Of a stretch of DNA of 59,833 bases, positions 45,749 through 55,460 are shown in pieces; positions within the stretch are counted from its first letter, which is position 1, and each line of letters opens with the position of its first letter. A program made the position numbers and the translations under genes. Source of the DNA: Acutalibacteraceae bacterium (lineage in GTDB: Bacteria; Bacillota; Clostridia; Oscillospirales; Acutalibacteraceae); the NCBI GenBank assembly GCA_045592285.1, contig JAZNUL010000129.1, positions 1 to 59,833 on the forward strand, written 5' to 3'. The notes beneath the pieces are model-generated. The model saw nothing but the letters and a program-made list of their open reading frames with translations. It searched no databases and was not told the origin of the DNA.

Positions 45749-47197
45749 TTGTTGAAAAATCTTTTGAGTAAATTAAGCTATACACCGGCTAATTGGTGTA
45801 CTTCTAACAAAGAAAGAAAAAGCTATTATTTGTATTTATCTGGTCAGAATATGATTTATACTATGATAACGTCATTTCTGACTACATACCTTTTATTCCA
45901 GGGTGTTGACCCTGTGAAGTCAGGTACAGTAATGCTTATTGTTAAAATATGGGATGCAATTAACGATGCTGTTTTCGGCTGTATTTTTGACAAAGCAAAA
46001 TTCAAAAGTAAACAGAAGTTTTTGCCGTGGCTTAAAATTTCTTTACCAATAATTCCTCTTGCAACAGCACTTTTATATATGATTCCAAATGGTGCAGGGG
46101 AAGTGGTGAAGCTTCTCTGGTTTGCTATATTCTATCTTATATGGGATACTGTTTACACTCTTTGTGACGTGCCTATACACGGTATGGTTACAGTTATGAC
46201 AGATAATCTTGATGAAAGAACTTCAATAATTTCTTATAAGAGCATCTGGTCAGGCGTAGGTAGTGGTATTGCAACAATTATACCTACAATTGTAACAGGT
46301 CAAGGCATTGGTCTCAGCTTTGGTGTTGCAGCGGCGATTGTGAGTGTTGTTGCATTTGCTACAATGATTCCTGTGTGCATCAATGGTAAAGAACGTTTTA
46401 CAACTGTTGATGAAGAGCAGTTTACTGTAAGAAAAATGCTCAAATACTTATTCTCGAATAAATATTTGCTCATTTATTATGGTGGTTACTTCTTCCAGAG
46501 TGGCTTTAACGTTATGATTGCTATGAGTCTTCTCACGTCATATTACTTATTCCACGATGAAAGATTCAGCCTTCTTGTTCTTGCAGTTGCTGGTGCTCCT
46601 GTATTTATAGCTTCACTCTTCGTACCAAAATTAGTTGAAAAATATGGTAAACGTAAAATCTTTATTATAAGCAACTGGGCAGCAGTAATTTTTGGTACAA
46701 TCAGCTGGTTCGTTGGCTATCAGAACGTGGTGCTCTTTATAATTACAACGTTACTTCGTGCAGTGCCTTTGGGTATTCAGGGTATTATGATATTTATGTT
46801 CACACCTGACTGTGCAGAGTATGGAAGGTTTAAAACAGGTATTGATGCAAAAGGTATCACATTTGCAATTCAGACGTTTGTTACTAAAATGGCGTCTGCT
46901 CTTGCAGGGTCTCTCGGTATGTTTTTACTCGGCTTCTTTGGTTGGAAAGAGGTTAACGCAGAAAGCTTCAAGGATTTAGCTGAACAAAATGTAGTGCAAT
47001 CAGACTTTACTCTTAACGGCTTGTGGTTCATTTTTGTAATGATTCCGACAATAGGTCTTATTTTTGCTGGTATTATATGGCACTTCTATAAACTCAAAGA
47101 TGAAGATGTTAAAGTTATGATTGATTGTAATAACGGCAAAATCACAAGAGAAGAAGCGTTAGAAAAAATTTCTATTAGAGATGAATTAAAAAAATAA
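45749..47197 (+). CDS. GPH/MFS-type transporter
   Basis: 482 aa, polytopic. Apparent TTG start (45749 or 45752) after AAAGGGGGG. Confidence 0.75.
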   Translation: MLKNLLSKLSYTPANWCTSNKERKSYYLYLSGQNMIYTMITSFLTTYLLFQGVDPVKSGTVMLIVKIWDAINDAVFGCIFDKAKFKSKQKFLPWLKISLPIIPLATALLYMIPNGAGEVVKLLWFAIFYLIWDTVYTLCDVPIHGMVTVMTDNLDERTSIISYKSIWSGVGSGIATIIPTIVTGQGIGLSFGVAAAIVSVVAFATMIPVCINGKERFTTVDEEQFTVRKMLKYLFSNKYLLIYYGGYFFQSGFNVMIAMSLLTSYYLFHDERFSLLVLAVAGAPVFIASLFVPKLVEKYGKRKIFIISNWAAVIFGTISWFVGYQNVVLFIITTLLRAVPLGIQGIMIFMFTPDCAEYGRFKTGIDAKGITFAIQTFVTKMASALAGSLGMFLLGFFGWKEVNAESFKDLAEQNVVQSDFTLNGLWFIFVMIPTIGLIFAGIIWHFYKLKDEDVKVMIDCNNGKITREEALEKISIRDELKK

Positions 47198-47203
47198 AAG
47201 AAC

Positions 47204-47240
47204 AGCGACTGTCAGAATTGAAACTGACAGTCGCTTTTTT
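47204..47240 (+). terminator. Intrinsic terminator
   Basis: Perfect 12-bp stem AGCGACTGTCAG/CTGACAGTCGCT followed by TTTTTT. Confidence 0.8.
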
Positions 47241-47366
47241 GCACATATAATTAACTTCAAATTCGGTCAATATTATCGTTGAAAATTAACAATATGTGCT
47301 ATATAATAATGTATTATAATAAAATAGTTGTTTTTATAGTTATTTTTTTGAAAAGGGGCGTTAATT

Positions 47367-48872
47367 ATGAAAAAGACAAAAAAGATAATTGCTGTTTTTA
47401 TGGCTGTTTGTCTTTTAATGGTAAGCTATTCAACTGTTGCTTTTGCAGGTGATACAGATACAGGAATAGATTACACAATAATCAATCCTTATGAAGATGT
47501 AAACTGGCTTACAGATAAGCAATACAGAGCAGACCTTCATAATCACACAACTGCAAGTGATGGTACTGACACATTAAAGGATATGTTAGAGCAACAATAT
47601 GAATATGGTTTTGATATTGCTGCAGTTACAGACCACGGCGTTGTTGATTACGGCTGGACTCGTCAATCAGTTATTCCTGCTATGGAAATTTTCATTGATT
47701 TATTCAAAGGCAGAGCGGGCGATATTGTTCCACTTGAATCAAAAGGTGGAGAGGCTGCTAATGGTAACACTTACTCACTTGAAACAAAAAAGGGCGGTAG
47801 CTATTATACACAGACTACTTCATCCGGAATTAAACTTCACAGTATGTTAAGAGTGCCTTACGGTATTGAAAATAACCCAAGTTCACTTAACAATGCTCAC
47901 GTTAATAGCTGGTTTGTAGATTATGGTCACGGTTTGTTAGGTGGTACAAGTGACTACGAAACACCTATTAAAAATGTTCACGAAATGGGCGGTCTTTCAG
48001 TTATTAACCACCCTGGTGAATATACAGGTGCTCGTGATGAGGATTCTACTGAGGATGCTTATAACGAGGGCAAGGGTATGTATGGCTATTACATTGATAA
48101 ATTTGCAAGTCTTCTTATAAATTATGATTCTTGCATTGGTATTGATATTAACAGTAAGGGTGATGGTAGAACTCGTTATGACAGAAAGCTCTGGGATATT
48201 CTTCTTCAGAGAGTTACCCCAACCGGCAGAAACGTTTTAGCTATTGCTACTTCAGATGCTCACTCAACTGATGCGGTTTTCACAGGCTACACAGAAATGG
48301 TTATGCCTTCACTTACAACAGATAACTTAAGAGAATGTATGGAAAAAGGTTCATTCTTTGCTTGTAGTAAAAATTTAGGTAATCCTGTTGAAATTGCAGA
48401 GATTGCAAATTATTTAGTAGAAAGCATTGACCCTACTGCAGTTAAGCTTGGCGAACAGCTTAAAGCTATGCAACAAGAAGATGCAACTGCAAAATATGAA
48501 GCACCAAAAGATGTAGAAGCCCCAAGAGTTACTGCTATTGCAGTTGACCAGAGTAGTGATACAATCACACTTGTTACTGCAGGTGCTAAAAATATCCGTT
48601 GGATTGCAAACGGCAAAACTATTGCAACAGGTAACAGCATTGACCTCGATGACCATAAAAGAGAGCTTGGCAATTACGTAAGAGCTGAGATTTTCGGTGA
48701 AGGCGGTATTGTTTATACTCAGGCATTTATGCTCGACTATGAAGGCGTAGCAGAATCAGATGGTGAGAAATTCACAGACCTCGGCTTCCTTGCAAGTATG
48801 ATTCCAGATACACTTGTTAAGCTTTTAGGTGGATTGTCTATATTTGATACCATTTATGGTTGGATAGCATAA
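47367..48872 (+). CDS. Secreted PHP-domain (CehA/McbA-like) metallo-phosphoesterase
   Basis: 501 aa. Signal peptide (VAFAGD). PHP motifs RADLHNHTTASDGT, AVTDHG, INHPGE and ATSDAHS. Confidence 0.6.
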   Translation: MKKTKKIIAVFMAVCLLMVSYSTVAFAGDTDTGIDYTIINPYEDVNWLTDKQYRADLHNHTTASDGTDTLKDMLEQQYEYGFDIAAVTDHGVVDYGWTRQSVIPAMEIFIDLFKGRAGDIVPLESKGGEAANGNTYSLETKKGGSYYTQTTSSGIKLHSMLRVPYGIENNPSSLNNAHVNSWFVDYGHGLLGGTSDYETPIKNVHEMGGLSVINHPGEYTGARDEDSTEDAYNEGKGMYGYYIDKFASLLINYDSCIGIDINSKGDGRTRYDRKLWDILLQRVTPTGRNVLAIATSDAHSTDAVFTGYTEMVMPSLTTDNLRECMEKGSFFACSKNLGNPVEIAEIANYLVESIDPTAVKLGEQLKAMQQEDATAKYEAPKDVEAPRVTAIAVDQSSDTITLVTAGAKNIRWIANGKTIATGNSIDLDDHKRELGNYVRAEIFGEGGIVYTQAFMLDYEGVAESDGEKFTDLGFLASMIPDTLVKLLGGLSIFDTIYGWIA

Positions 48873-48938
48873 AATTGTTGATTACTGAACAATTTTAAAA
48901 GGTGCTTGATTTCGGCGACTATGCCTCGAATAGTAAAA

Positions 48939-48978
48939 ATGGATACACTTTAATTTTTAAAGTGTATCCATTTTTTTA
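48939..48978 (+). terminator. Intrinsic terminator
   Basis: Stem ATGGATACACTT/AAGTGTATCCAT followed by TTTTTTT. Confidence 0.7.
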
Positions 48979-49039
48979 TTGTAATAATTAAAGAAATATG
49001 ATAATATTAATTTGTATTTTATAAAAGTGAGGGTCAACT

Positions 49040-49309
49040 ATGAACGCTATTGTTACAGTTATTGGTAAAGACAGGGTAGGAATTATGGCTGGTGTTTGTG
49101 TTGCATTTGAAAAAGCAAACGTAAACGTTTTAGATATTAACCAGACAATTTTAAAAGATATGTTTACTATGAATATGTTGGTAGATGTTAAAAATGCAAA
49201 CGTAAGTTTTTCAGAGCTTGTTGATATTCTTGATAAAGAGGGCGAAAGACTCGGCGTTAATATCCGTATTCAGCGTGAAGATATTTTTGATGCTATGCAC
49301 AGAATATGA
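49040..49309 (+). CDS. ACT-domain protein (UPF0237 family)
   Basis: 89 aa. MNAIVTVIGKDRVGIMAGV is typical of the ACT fold. Conserved pairing with the next gene. Confidence 0.8.
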   Translation: MNAIVTVIGKDRVGIMAGVCVAFEKANVNVLDINQTILKDMFTMNMLVDVKNANVSFSELVDILDKEGERLGVNIRIQREDIFDAMHRI

Positions 49310-49318
49310 GGTGAAAAA

Positions 49319-50677
49319 ATGCTTAATCAACACGAAATTTTTGAAACCTTAAATATGATTGATGAACAGCATCTTGATATCCGTACGATTACTATGGGTA
49401 TTTCTTTAAGGGATTGTGGTCATCCTGATGCTAAAATTTCTGCTACAAAGATGTATGATAAAATTACAAAGTATGCAGAAAATCTTGTAAAAACAGGCGA
49501 AGAAATTGAAAAGGAAATGGGTATTCCCATTATAAATAAAAGAATTTCTGTAACACCTATGGCAATTGCTGCTGAAAGTAGTGAAACAGAAGATTACACA
49601 ATTTTTGCTAAGGCTATGGATAATGCCGCAAAAGAATGTGGTGTTAATTTTATCGGAGGTTTTTCTGCTCTTGTTCAAAAAGGCTTTACAATAGGTGACA
49701 GAAGACTTATTAACTCTATTCCATCTGCTTTGGCTCAAACTGATTTTGTTTGTTCTTCAGTTAATGTCGGCTCAACAAAAGCCGGTATAAATATGGATGC
49801 CGTAAAACTTATGGGTAACATAATTAAAGATACGGCAGAAAAAACAAAAGATAATGATGGTTTAGGTTGTGCAAAACTTGTTGTGTTCTGTAATGCAGTT
49901 GAAGATAATCCGTTTATGGCTGGTGCATTTCACGGCGTAGGTGAGCCAGAGTGTGCAATAAACGTTGGCGTTTCTGGTCCTGGTGTTGTTTATAATGCTT
50001 TAAAAGGCATAAAGGGGGCACCATTTGACGTTGTTGCAGAAACTGTTAAAAAGACTGCGTTTAAAATCACAAGAATGGGTCAGCTTATTGCTCGTGAAGC
50101 ATCTTCGAGACTTAATGCAGAATTCGGCATTGTTGACTTGAGCCTTGCACCAACTCCTGCAGTGGGTGACTCGGTTGCAAGAATTTTAGAAGAAATGGGA
50201 CTTGAGACCTGTGGTACTCACGGTACTACTGCAGCATTAGCACTTCTTAATGATGCTGTAAAAAAGGGTGGCGTTATGGCTTCTTCTTCAGTTGGTGGTC
50301 TTTCAGGTGCATTTATTCCTGTTTCAGAAGATGAAGGTATGATTGAAGCAGTTCACAAAGGCGTTCTCACTTTAGATAAGTTAGAGGCTATGACTTGTGT
50401 GTGCTCTGTTGGTCTTGATATGATTGCAGTTCCAGGTGACACAACTGCTGCAACAATCTCTGCAATTATTGCAGACGAAGCTGCTATTGGTATGATAAAT
50501 CAGAAAACAACTGCAGTAAGAATTATTCCTGCTTTAAATAAAAAAGTAGGTGATGAAATTGAAATGGGCGGTCTTTTAGGTACTGCACCTGTAATGCCAG
50601 TCCATAAAGAAAGTAGTTACGATTTTATTATGCGTGGTGGCAGAATCCCTGCACCACTTAACAGTCTCAAAAACTAA
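49319..50677 (+). CDS. UPF0210 / DUF711 (PFL-like) family protein
   Basis: 452 aa. N-terminus ...[22 protein letters not shown] and overall length are typical of UPF0210 proteins. Confidence 0.8.
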   Translation: MLNQHEIFETLNMIDEQHLDIRTITMGISLRDCGHPDAKISATKMYDKITKYAENLVKTGEEIEKEMGIPIINKRISVTPMAIAAESSETEDYTIFAKAMDNAAKECGVNFIGGFSALVQKGFTIGDRRLINSIPSALAQTDFVCSSVNVGSTKAGINMDAVKLMGNIIKDTAEKTKDNDGLGCAKLVVFCNAVEDNPFMAGAFHGVGEPECAINVGVSGPGVVYNALKGIKGAPFDVVAETVKKTAFKITRMGQLIAREASSRLNAEFGIVDLSLAPTPAVGDSVARILEEMGLETCGTHGTTAALALLNDAVKKGGVMASSSVGGLSGAFIPVSEDEGMIEAVHKGVLTLDKLEAMTCVCSVGLDMIAVPGDTTAATISAIIADEAAIGMINQKTTAVRIIPALNKKVGDEIEMGGLLGTAPVMPVHKESSYDFIMRGGRIPAPLNSLKN

Positions 50678-50738
50678 GATTGTCTGAAATTCATATACTA
50701 TTATATATAGTAAATATATATTACTGAGAGGTGATAAA

Positions 50739-51656
50739 ATGCATTATAATGAGTTTTACAAAATTCTTATGAAAAAACTTGAATTACCAGAGAGTGCAGA
50801 AAAAGAGTTTACAGAAGTTGTTAAGCTTACAGATGAAAATTTAGAGCTGGGTAGAGAGCTGGATAAATTAATAATGCGTTTTATGTTCCCTAAAGCGCAC
50901 GATATAAGACGCTTTTTAGAGAAGCTTACACCAATTTCTAAAAAATATTCGATTGATGAAAATATACTTCAATTTGTATTTTTACTTTTGTCGGCTGAAA
51001 CTATGGCAAAAAGATATACAAAGCAAGGAATACCTGACAGTGTATTTTTTGAGACAATCAAGGATTTGAAATATAAATTCCAAGAGTGTGTAGAGTGTAA
51101 AGGCTATTATGGTACTTTTGTACCGCATTGGTTTGAAGGTTTTTACAGACTTGAAAGATTCTCTTTAGGAAGATTTCAGTATGAACATACCGATACTGAC
51201 AGAGAAATTATAACACCAAGTGGGATTAAAATAAAAAAAGGTACTAAAGTTTTATTTTTACACATTCCATCAAGTGGTGAACCACTCACAGATGAAGTGA
51301 GAATTGACTCTTATAAAAAAGCGTATGATTTTTATAAAAACACTTCGTTTGTAAAAAATGGAAAAATCGTTTTTGTTTGTCATTCGTGGTTGCTTTATAA
51401 AGAGCATTATAAGTTCTTGCCAGAGAATTCAAACATTTTAAAGTTTATGAATGACTTTTATATTTATGAGCAATATATAAGCGATATTAAAGAAGATTTG
51501 TGGCGTATATTCGGGAAACAAGATAAATTGCCATATAATGAATTGCCAGAAGATACCTCGTTAAAGAAAGCCTACAAAAATTGGCTTATTGAAAAGGATG
51601 AGACCGGTGGTGGTGTCGGCGTAATAGTATTTGATGGCGAAAAAATTGTAAATTAG
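50739..51656 (+). CDS. Acyltransferase-like protein (NAT_N / GNAT-like C-terminal domain type), tentative
   Basis: 305 aa. LFLHIPSSGEPLT and CHSWLL...NSNILKF motifs resemble my recollection of the GNAT_C family. Otherwise hypothetical. Confidence 0.4.
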   Translation: MHYNEFYKILMKKLELPESAEKEFTEVVKLTDENLELGRELDKLIMRFMFPKAHDIRRFLEKLTPISKKYSIDENILQFVFLLLSAETMAKRYTKQGIPDSVFFETIKDLKYKFQECVECKGYYGTFVPHWFEGFYRLERFSLGRFQYEHTDTDREIITPSGIKIKKGTKVLFLHIPSSGEPLTDEVRIDSYKKAYDFYKNTSFVKNGKIVFVCHSWLLYKEHYKFLPENSNILKFMNDFYIYEQYISDIKEDLWRIFGKQDKLPYNELPEDTSLKKAYKNWLIEKDETGGGVGVIVFDGEKIVN

Positions 51657-51762
51657 TCGATATTTCTCGTAAAATCTGCGACTCAAAAATTTCAAAATGT
51701 AACGAAAAATGTGTCAATTTCTTAATTTTTTGTTTATGTTTATGCAAAATATAATAAAAATT

Positions 51763-51806
51763 AAGCCTTTTATAGTGCAATTTGTGCATTGTAAAAGGCT
51801 TTTTTA
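51763..51806 (+). terminator. Intrinsic terminator, overlapping the next promoter
   Basis: Stem AAGCCTTTTA/TAAAAGGCTT followed by TTTTT. TTGTAA, 17 nt, TGgTACAAT (51789-51817) follows. Confidence 0.6.
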
Positions 51807-51926
51807 TATGGTACAATGACATTCGTTCGCAGGAATTGTTACAAGTTTGTAATAATTTGCAACAACTTTGAAATAAATATTATTGATATAGCAAAAACTC
51901 AAAATTACGAAAGGCAAAATTATTCT

Positions 51927-53564
51927 ATGATTAAAAGCAGAATTAAAAGCGCTATTGCGGTAGCACTTACTGTAGTACTTGCAGTGGTTCCTATGTTCAG
52001 CGTAAACGCAGCTGCTAAAAAAGTTGAATACAGCGCCTCATCTTCTTATATGAGCAGTAGCTTTTATAAAGCACTTTGCGAGGTTGAACTTACAGGTGAT
52101 CAGGTTACAGATATCTGTAACATAGCAAAAACTCAGGTTGGTTATTACGAAAGTGGTGACAATTATACAGAATACGGCAGATGGTACGGCAGACAAAGCT
52201 ATTGGTGCAACGTGTTTGTTTCTTGGTGTGCTTATGTAGCGGGTGTTCCAGCATCTGTTTTTCCTAAATTATCATCAGTGGGTAGTTCTTATTATTCAAC
52301 GCTCCCTTCAGTTGGTGCCGATTGTTTCGCATTTGGCGCAAAGCCACTTGAAGCTGGTGACCTTATTTTCAGTTGTACTTGTTCAGGTAGCTTTGGTTGT
52401 ATTGACCACGTTGGTCTTGTAGTTGATGCTGATGACCAATATATTTATACAGTTGAAGGTAATATGTCAGACCAGGTAAAAGCTTTGACATATCCAGCTT
52501 CTACGGGTTACCTTGCTAACCAGCGTGCCAGAATTAACTATGTTGCACGTCCTAATTATCAGGACCGTTCTGCAACAGTTTCAAACATTGAAAGAGCAGA
52601 TGCTATTAAAACAACAGAAAACAGCATCTATGCACTTTTCGATATGGCGTTACCTTACGAGGATGCAGAGAGAGTGTGCTCACTTATGGGCGGTCACCTT
52701 GTAACTATTACAAGTGATAAAGAGCAGGAAATTGTAAACGGAATGCTCGAAAATGGTTCATATTATCAGTATTACATTGGCTTAAACGATTCAACAGAAA
52801 ACGGAATGTATTTCTGGGGTAACGGAGAAGCATACAATTATACAAATTTAAAAGGTGCTTCAAGCCAAAATCTTACAGCAGTTGTTACTAAAGCAGATGG
52901 TACTTGGGAAGAGGCTATCAGCAACAAGCGTCAGACAGGTTTTATCTGTGAATTAGAAATTGACAAAATGATTCCTGCTAATACTGCAAAATTCGGTGAT
53001 AGCAGATATGAAATTTATGATAGTTCTTTAACTTACGAACAAGCACTTGCATTTGCAAAAGCAAAAGGTGGTAAGTTAGCAGAAATTGAAACATCTTCTG
53101 AAAATCAACTTCTTTCTCTTCTTCTTAAAGATTGTGACCAATATTACTTAGGTGTAAGTGGTACTAAGAGAGAAGTTACTACTGTTGATTATTCAAATTA
53201 TGCTAAAGGCGTAAAATATAACAGTGGTAAAGAAAACTATGCTGTTATGCTTAATGATGGTTCAGCGAAATGGTCTGTTGCAAAGATTTTTGAAGCAAAG
53301 ACATTGACAGGTTTTGTTATTGAGTATGAAGCAGAAAAGAAGCACACAGTAACTTATGATGCTAACGGTGGTGTTAACACTCCAAATGAGCAGGTCTTTG
53401 ACGATGGTGTTAAGCTTGCTATAAGCGAAACAACTCCTGAATTACAGAATGCTGAATTCTTAGGCTGGGCTACAAAGAAAAACGCTAAAGAAGCAGATTA
53501 TCATTCAGGTGAAAAAATAAGCGTAACAGAAAATATAACACTTTACGCTGTATGGGCTGAATAA
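51927..53564 (+). CDS. Secreted CHAP/NlpC-P60-type amidase fused to two C-type-lectin-like domains and a Listeria-Bacteroides (Flg_new) repeat
   Basis: Signal peptide MIKSRIKSAIAVALTVVLAVVPMFSVNAAA. CHAP-like YWCNVFVSWC...IDHVGLVV...TVEGN. CTLD-like GGHLVTITS...YYIGLND...FWGNGEAYNYTNL, with a weaker second copy. C-terminal TVTYDANGG...FLGWATK...ITLYAVW. The track start at 51816 is in the promoter region. Confidence 0.7.
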   Translation: MIKSRIKSAIAVALTVVLAVVPMFSVNAAAKKVEYSASSSYMSSSFYKALCEVELTGDQVTDICNIAKTQVGYYESGDNYTEYGRWYGRQSYWCNVFVSWCAYVAGVPASVFPKLSSVGSSYYSTLPSVGADCFAFGAKPLEAGDLIFSCTCSGSFGCIDHVGLVVDADDQYIYTVEGNMSDQVKALTYPASTGYLANQRARINYVARPNYQDRSATVSNIERADAIKTTENSIYALFDMALPYEDAERVCSLMGGHLVTITSDKEQEIVNGMLENGSYYQYYIGLNDSTENGMYFWGNGEAYNYTNLKGASSQNLTAVVTKADGTWEEAISNKRQTGFICELEIDKMIPANTAKFGDSRYEIYDSSLTYEQALAFAKAKGGKLAEIETSSENQLLSLLLKDCDQYYLGVSGTKREVTTVDYSNYAKGVKYNSGKENYAVMLNDGSAKWSVAKIFEAKTLTGFVIEYEAEKKHTVTYDANGGVNTPNEQVFDDGVKLAISETTPELQNAEFLGWATKKNAKEADYHSGEKISVTENITLYAVWAE

Positions 53565-53570
53565 AATATA

Positions 53571-53610
53571 CTGCTACAAGTAGAAATGCTTGTAGCAGTT
53601 TTATTTTTTT
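53571..53610 (+). terminator. Intrinsic terminator
   Basis: Stem CTGCTACAAG/CTTGTAGCAG followed by a long T-run. Confidence 0.75.
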
Positions 53611-53702
53611 ATAAAAACAGTTGCGATTACATATGCTTTTGTGGTATAATTACAATGTATATCTATGAGATTTTAAAACTTTTGGAAGGATGTGAGTTTT
53701 TT

Positions 53703-55460
53703 ATGATAAAACTTTTTAAATATTTAAAACCTCATAAAAAATTCGCGATCTTTACAGTTGTTCTTGCAGCTATAAGTAACGTTATGACATTAGGCTTCCC
53801 GCTTATGATGTCAATGCTTATAAATAATGGTATTTCAAAAGGTGATTTAAGCTATATAAAAAATATTGGTATTGTTATGATTGTTCTGTGTTCAATAGCA
53901 ATGTTCATTTCAATAGCGAATAGTTTCTGTTCGAGTAAGGTTTCAGCACTTTTTACTGGTGACCTCAGAAGAATGGTGTTTTCTAAAGTGCAGACCTTCT
54001 CACAAGGCGATATTGACGAAATTGGTATTCCGTCACTTATTACAAGAACAACAAACGATATAAGACAAATAGGTGAATTATTAATTGCACTTTTAAGAAG
54101 TATAATTTCTGTACCGATTATGTTAATTGGTGGTACAGCAATGGCAATTATTATGGACCCAGGGCTTTCACTTGTACTTCTGATTGTTTGTCCTGTTATA
54201 GCGGTAATTGCTCTGGGAATTGCAAAAATTGTTGTTCCGTTTTTCAGTAAAATTCAAAAAGGCGTTGACAATTTAAACCTTGTTACACGAGAAAAGTTAA
54301 ATGGTGTAAGAGTTATAAGAGCGTTTAACAGAACTGAATATGAAGAAAGACGCTTTAAAAAAGCAAATGATGATTTGACTGGTCTTACTTTAAAGGTTTC
54401 AAGAATTTTTGCAGGACTTATTCCTGTTGCAACACTTCTTATATTTATGATTATAGCGCTACTTATTGTAGTTGGTTATAATCAGATTAATAAATTAACT
54501 GACCCTACTGAAATAGCGAATACAATAGGTGATTTACAGGCTTTTATAATTTACCTTGTATTTATAGTTGTAGCACTTGCTTCTGTTGCGGCTATGTTTG
54601 TTATGGTTCCACGTGGTAAAATTTCTGCAAACAGAATAAATGAAATTTTAGATCACGAATTAAAAATGGAAGTAAAAGAAAAAACAACAGAAGAAACAAC
54701 TGATGGTACAATTGAATTTAAAAATGTTGTTTTTGATTATAAAGATGAAGATGGCAATTTAAAAAGGACACTTAATAACGTAAGCTTTGTTGCCGAAAAA
54801 GGTAAAACTACTGCAATTATTGGTAGCACTGGTAGTGGCAAAAGTACTGTTCTTAATTTAATTCCACGTTTTTATGATGTTACAGAGGGCGCAGTGTTAA
54901 TTGACGGTGTAGATGTAAGAGAAATGGATTTCTCGTCAATTTATGAAAAATTGGGCTACATTCCACAACAGGCATTTTTATTCAGTGGTACTGTTGCTGA
55001 TAACTTAAGATATGGTAACGAGGATGCTACTGACGAAGAATTATGGGACGCGTTAGAGATTGCACAATCACGTGATTTTGTTGAGAAGTTACCACAAAAG
55101 TTAGAAAGTATGGTTTCTCAGAATGGTACAAACCTTTCTGGTGGGCAGAGGCAGAGGCTTTGTATTGCTCGTGCTATTGTCAAAAAAGCAAAATTCTATA
55201 TGTTTGATGATAGCTTCTCTGCTTTAGACTTTATTACAGACAGTAAATTAAGAGCACAATTAAAAACAGTTCTTAAAGAGTCTGCAATAATTATTGTTGC
55301 TCAACGAGTTGGTACTATTATAGATGCCGATAATATTATTGTTCTTGAGAATGGTGATATTGTAGGCAAAGGTACTCACAAAGAACTTTTAGAAAATTGC
55401 AAAGTTTATAAAGAAATGGCAGATTCACAACTCGAAAAAACGGGGGTGAGTGACGAATGA
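53703..55460 (+). CDS. ABC exporter half-transporter (TMD-NBD), subunit with a degenerate ATPase site
   Basis: Start MIKLFKYLKPHKK at ATG 53703. Walker A GSTGSGKST, signature LSGGQRQR. Walker B is YMFDD (Asp replaces the catalytic Glu) and the H-loop is AQRVGT (Gln replaces His). Confidence 0.85.
   Translation: MIKLFKYLKPHKKFAIFTVVLAAISNVMTLGFPLMMSMLINNGISKGDLSYIKNIGIVMIVLCSIAMFISIANSFCSSKVSALFTGDLRRMVFSKVQTFSQGDIDEIGIPSLITRTTNDIRQIGELLIALLRSIISVPIMLIGGTAMAIIMDPGLSLVLLIVCPVIAVIALGIAKIVVPFFSKIQKGVDNLNLVTREKLNGVRVIRAFNRTEYEERRFKKANDDLTGLTLKVSRIFAGLIPVATLLIFMIIALLIVVGYNQINKLTDPTEIANTIGDLQAFIIYLVFIVVALASVAAMFVMVPRGKISANRINEILDHELKMEVKEKTTEETTDGTIEFKNVVFDYKDEDGNLKRTLNNVSFVAEKGKTTAIIGSTGSGKSTVLNLIPRFYDVTEGAVLIDGVDVREMDFSSIYEKLGYIPQQAFLFSGTVADNLRYGNEDATDEELWDALEIAQSRDFVEKLPQKLESMVSQNGTNLSGGQRQRLCIARAIVKKAKFYMFDDSFSALDFITDSKLRAQLKTVLKESAIIIVAQRVGTIIDADNIIVLENGDIVGKGTHKELLENCKVYKEMADSQLEKTGVSDE

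Noticed and set aside
51586-51926. 78-aa minus ORF (51586-51822) and the N-terminal 37 codons of the track ORF starting at 51816
   Set aside because: The region contains a clear terminator hairpin and an extended -10 promoter. A signal peptide begins at the internal Met (51927). The upstream extension has no SD and reads like non-coding sequence. The same logic was used to trim track starts at 53586, 18445, 8397, 27755, 35179, 32328 and 44247.
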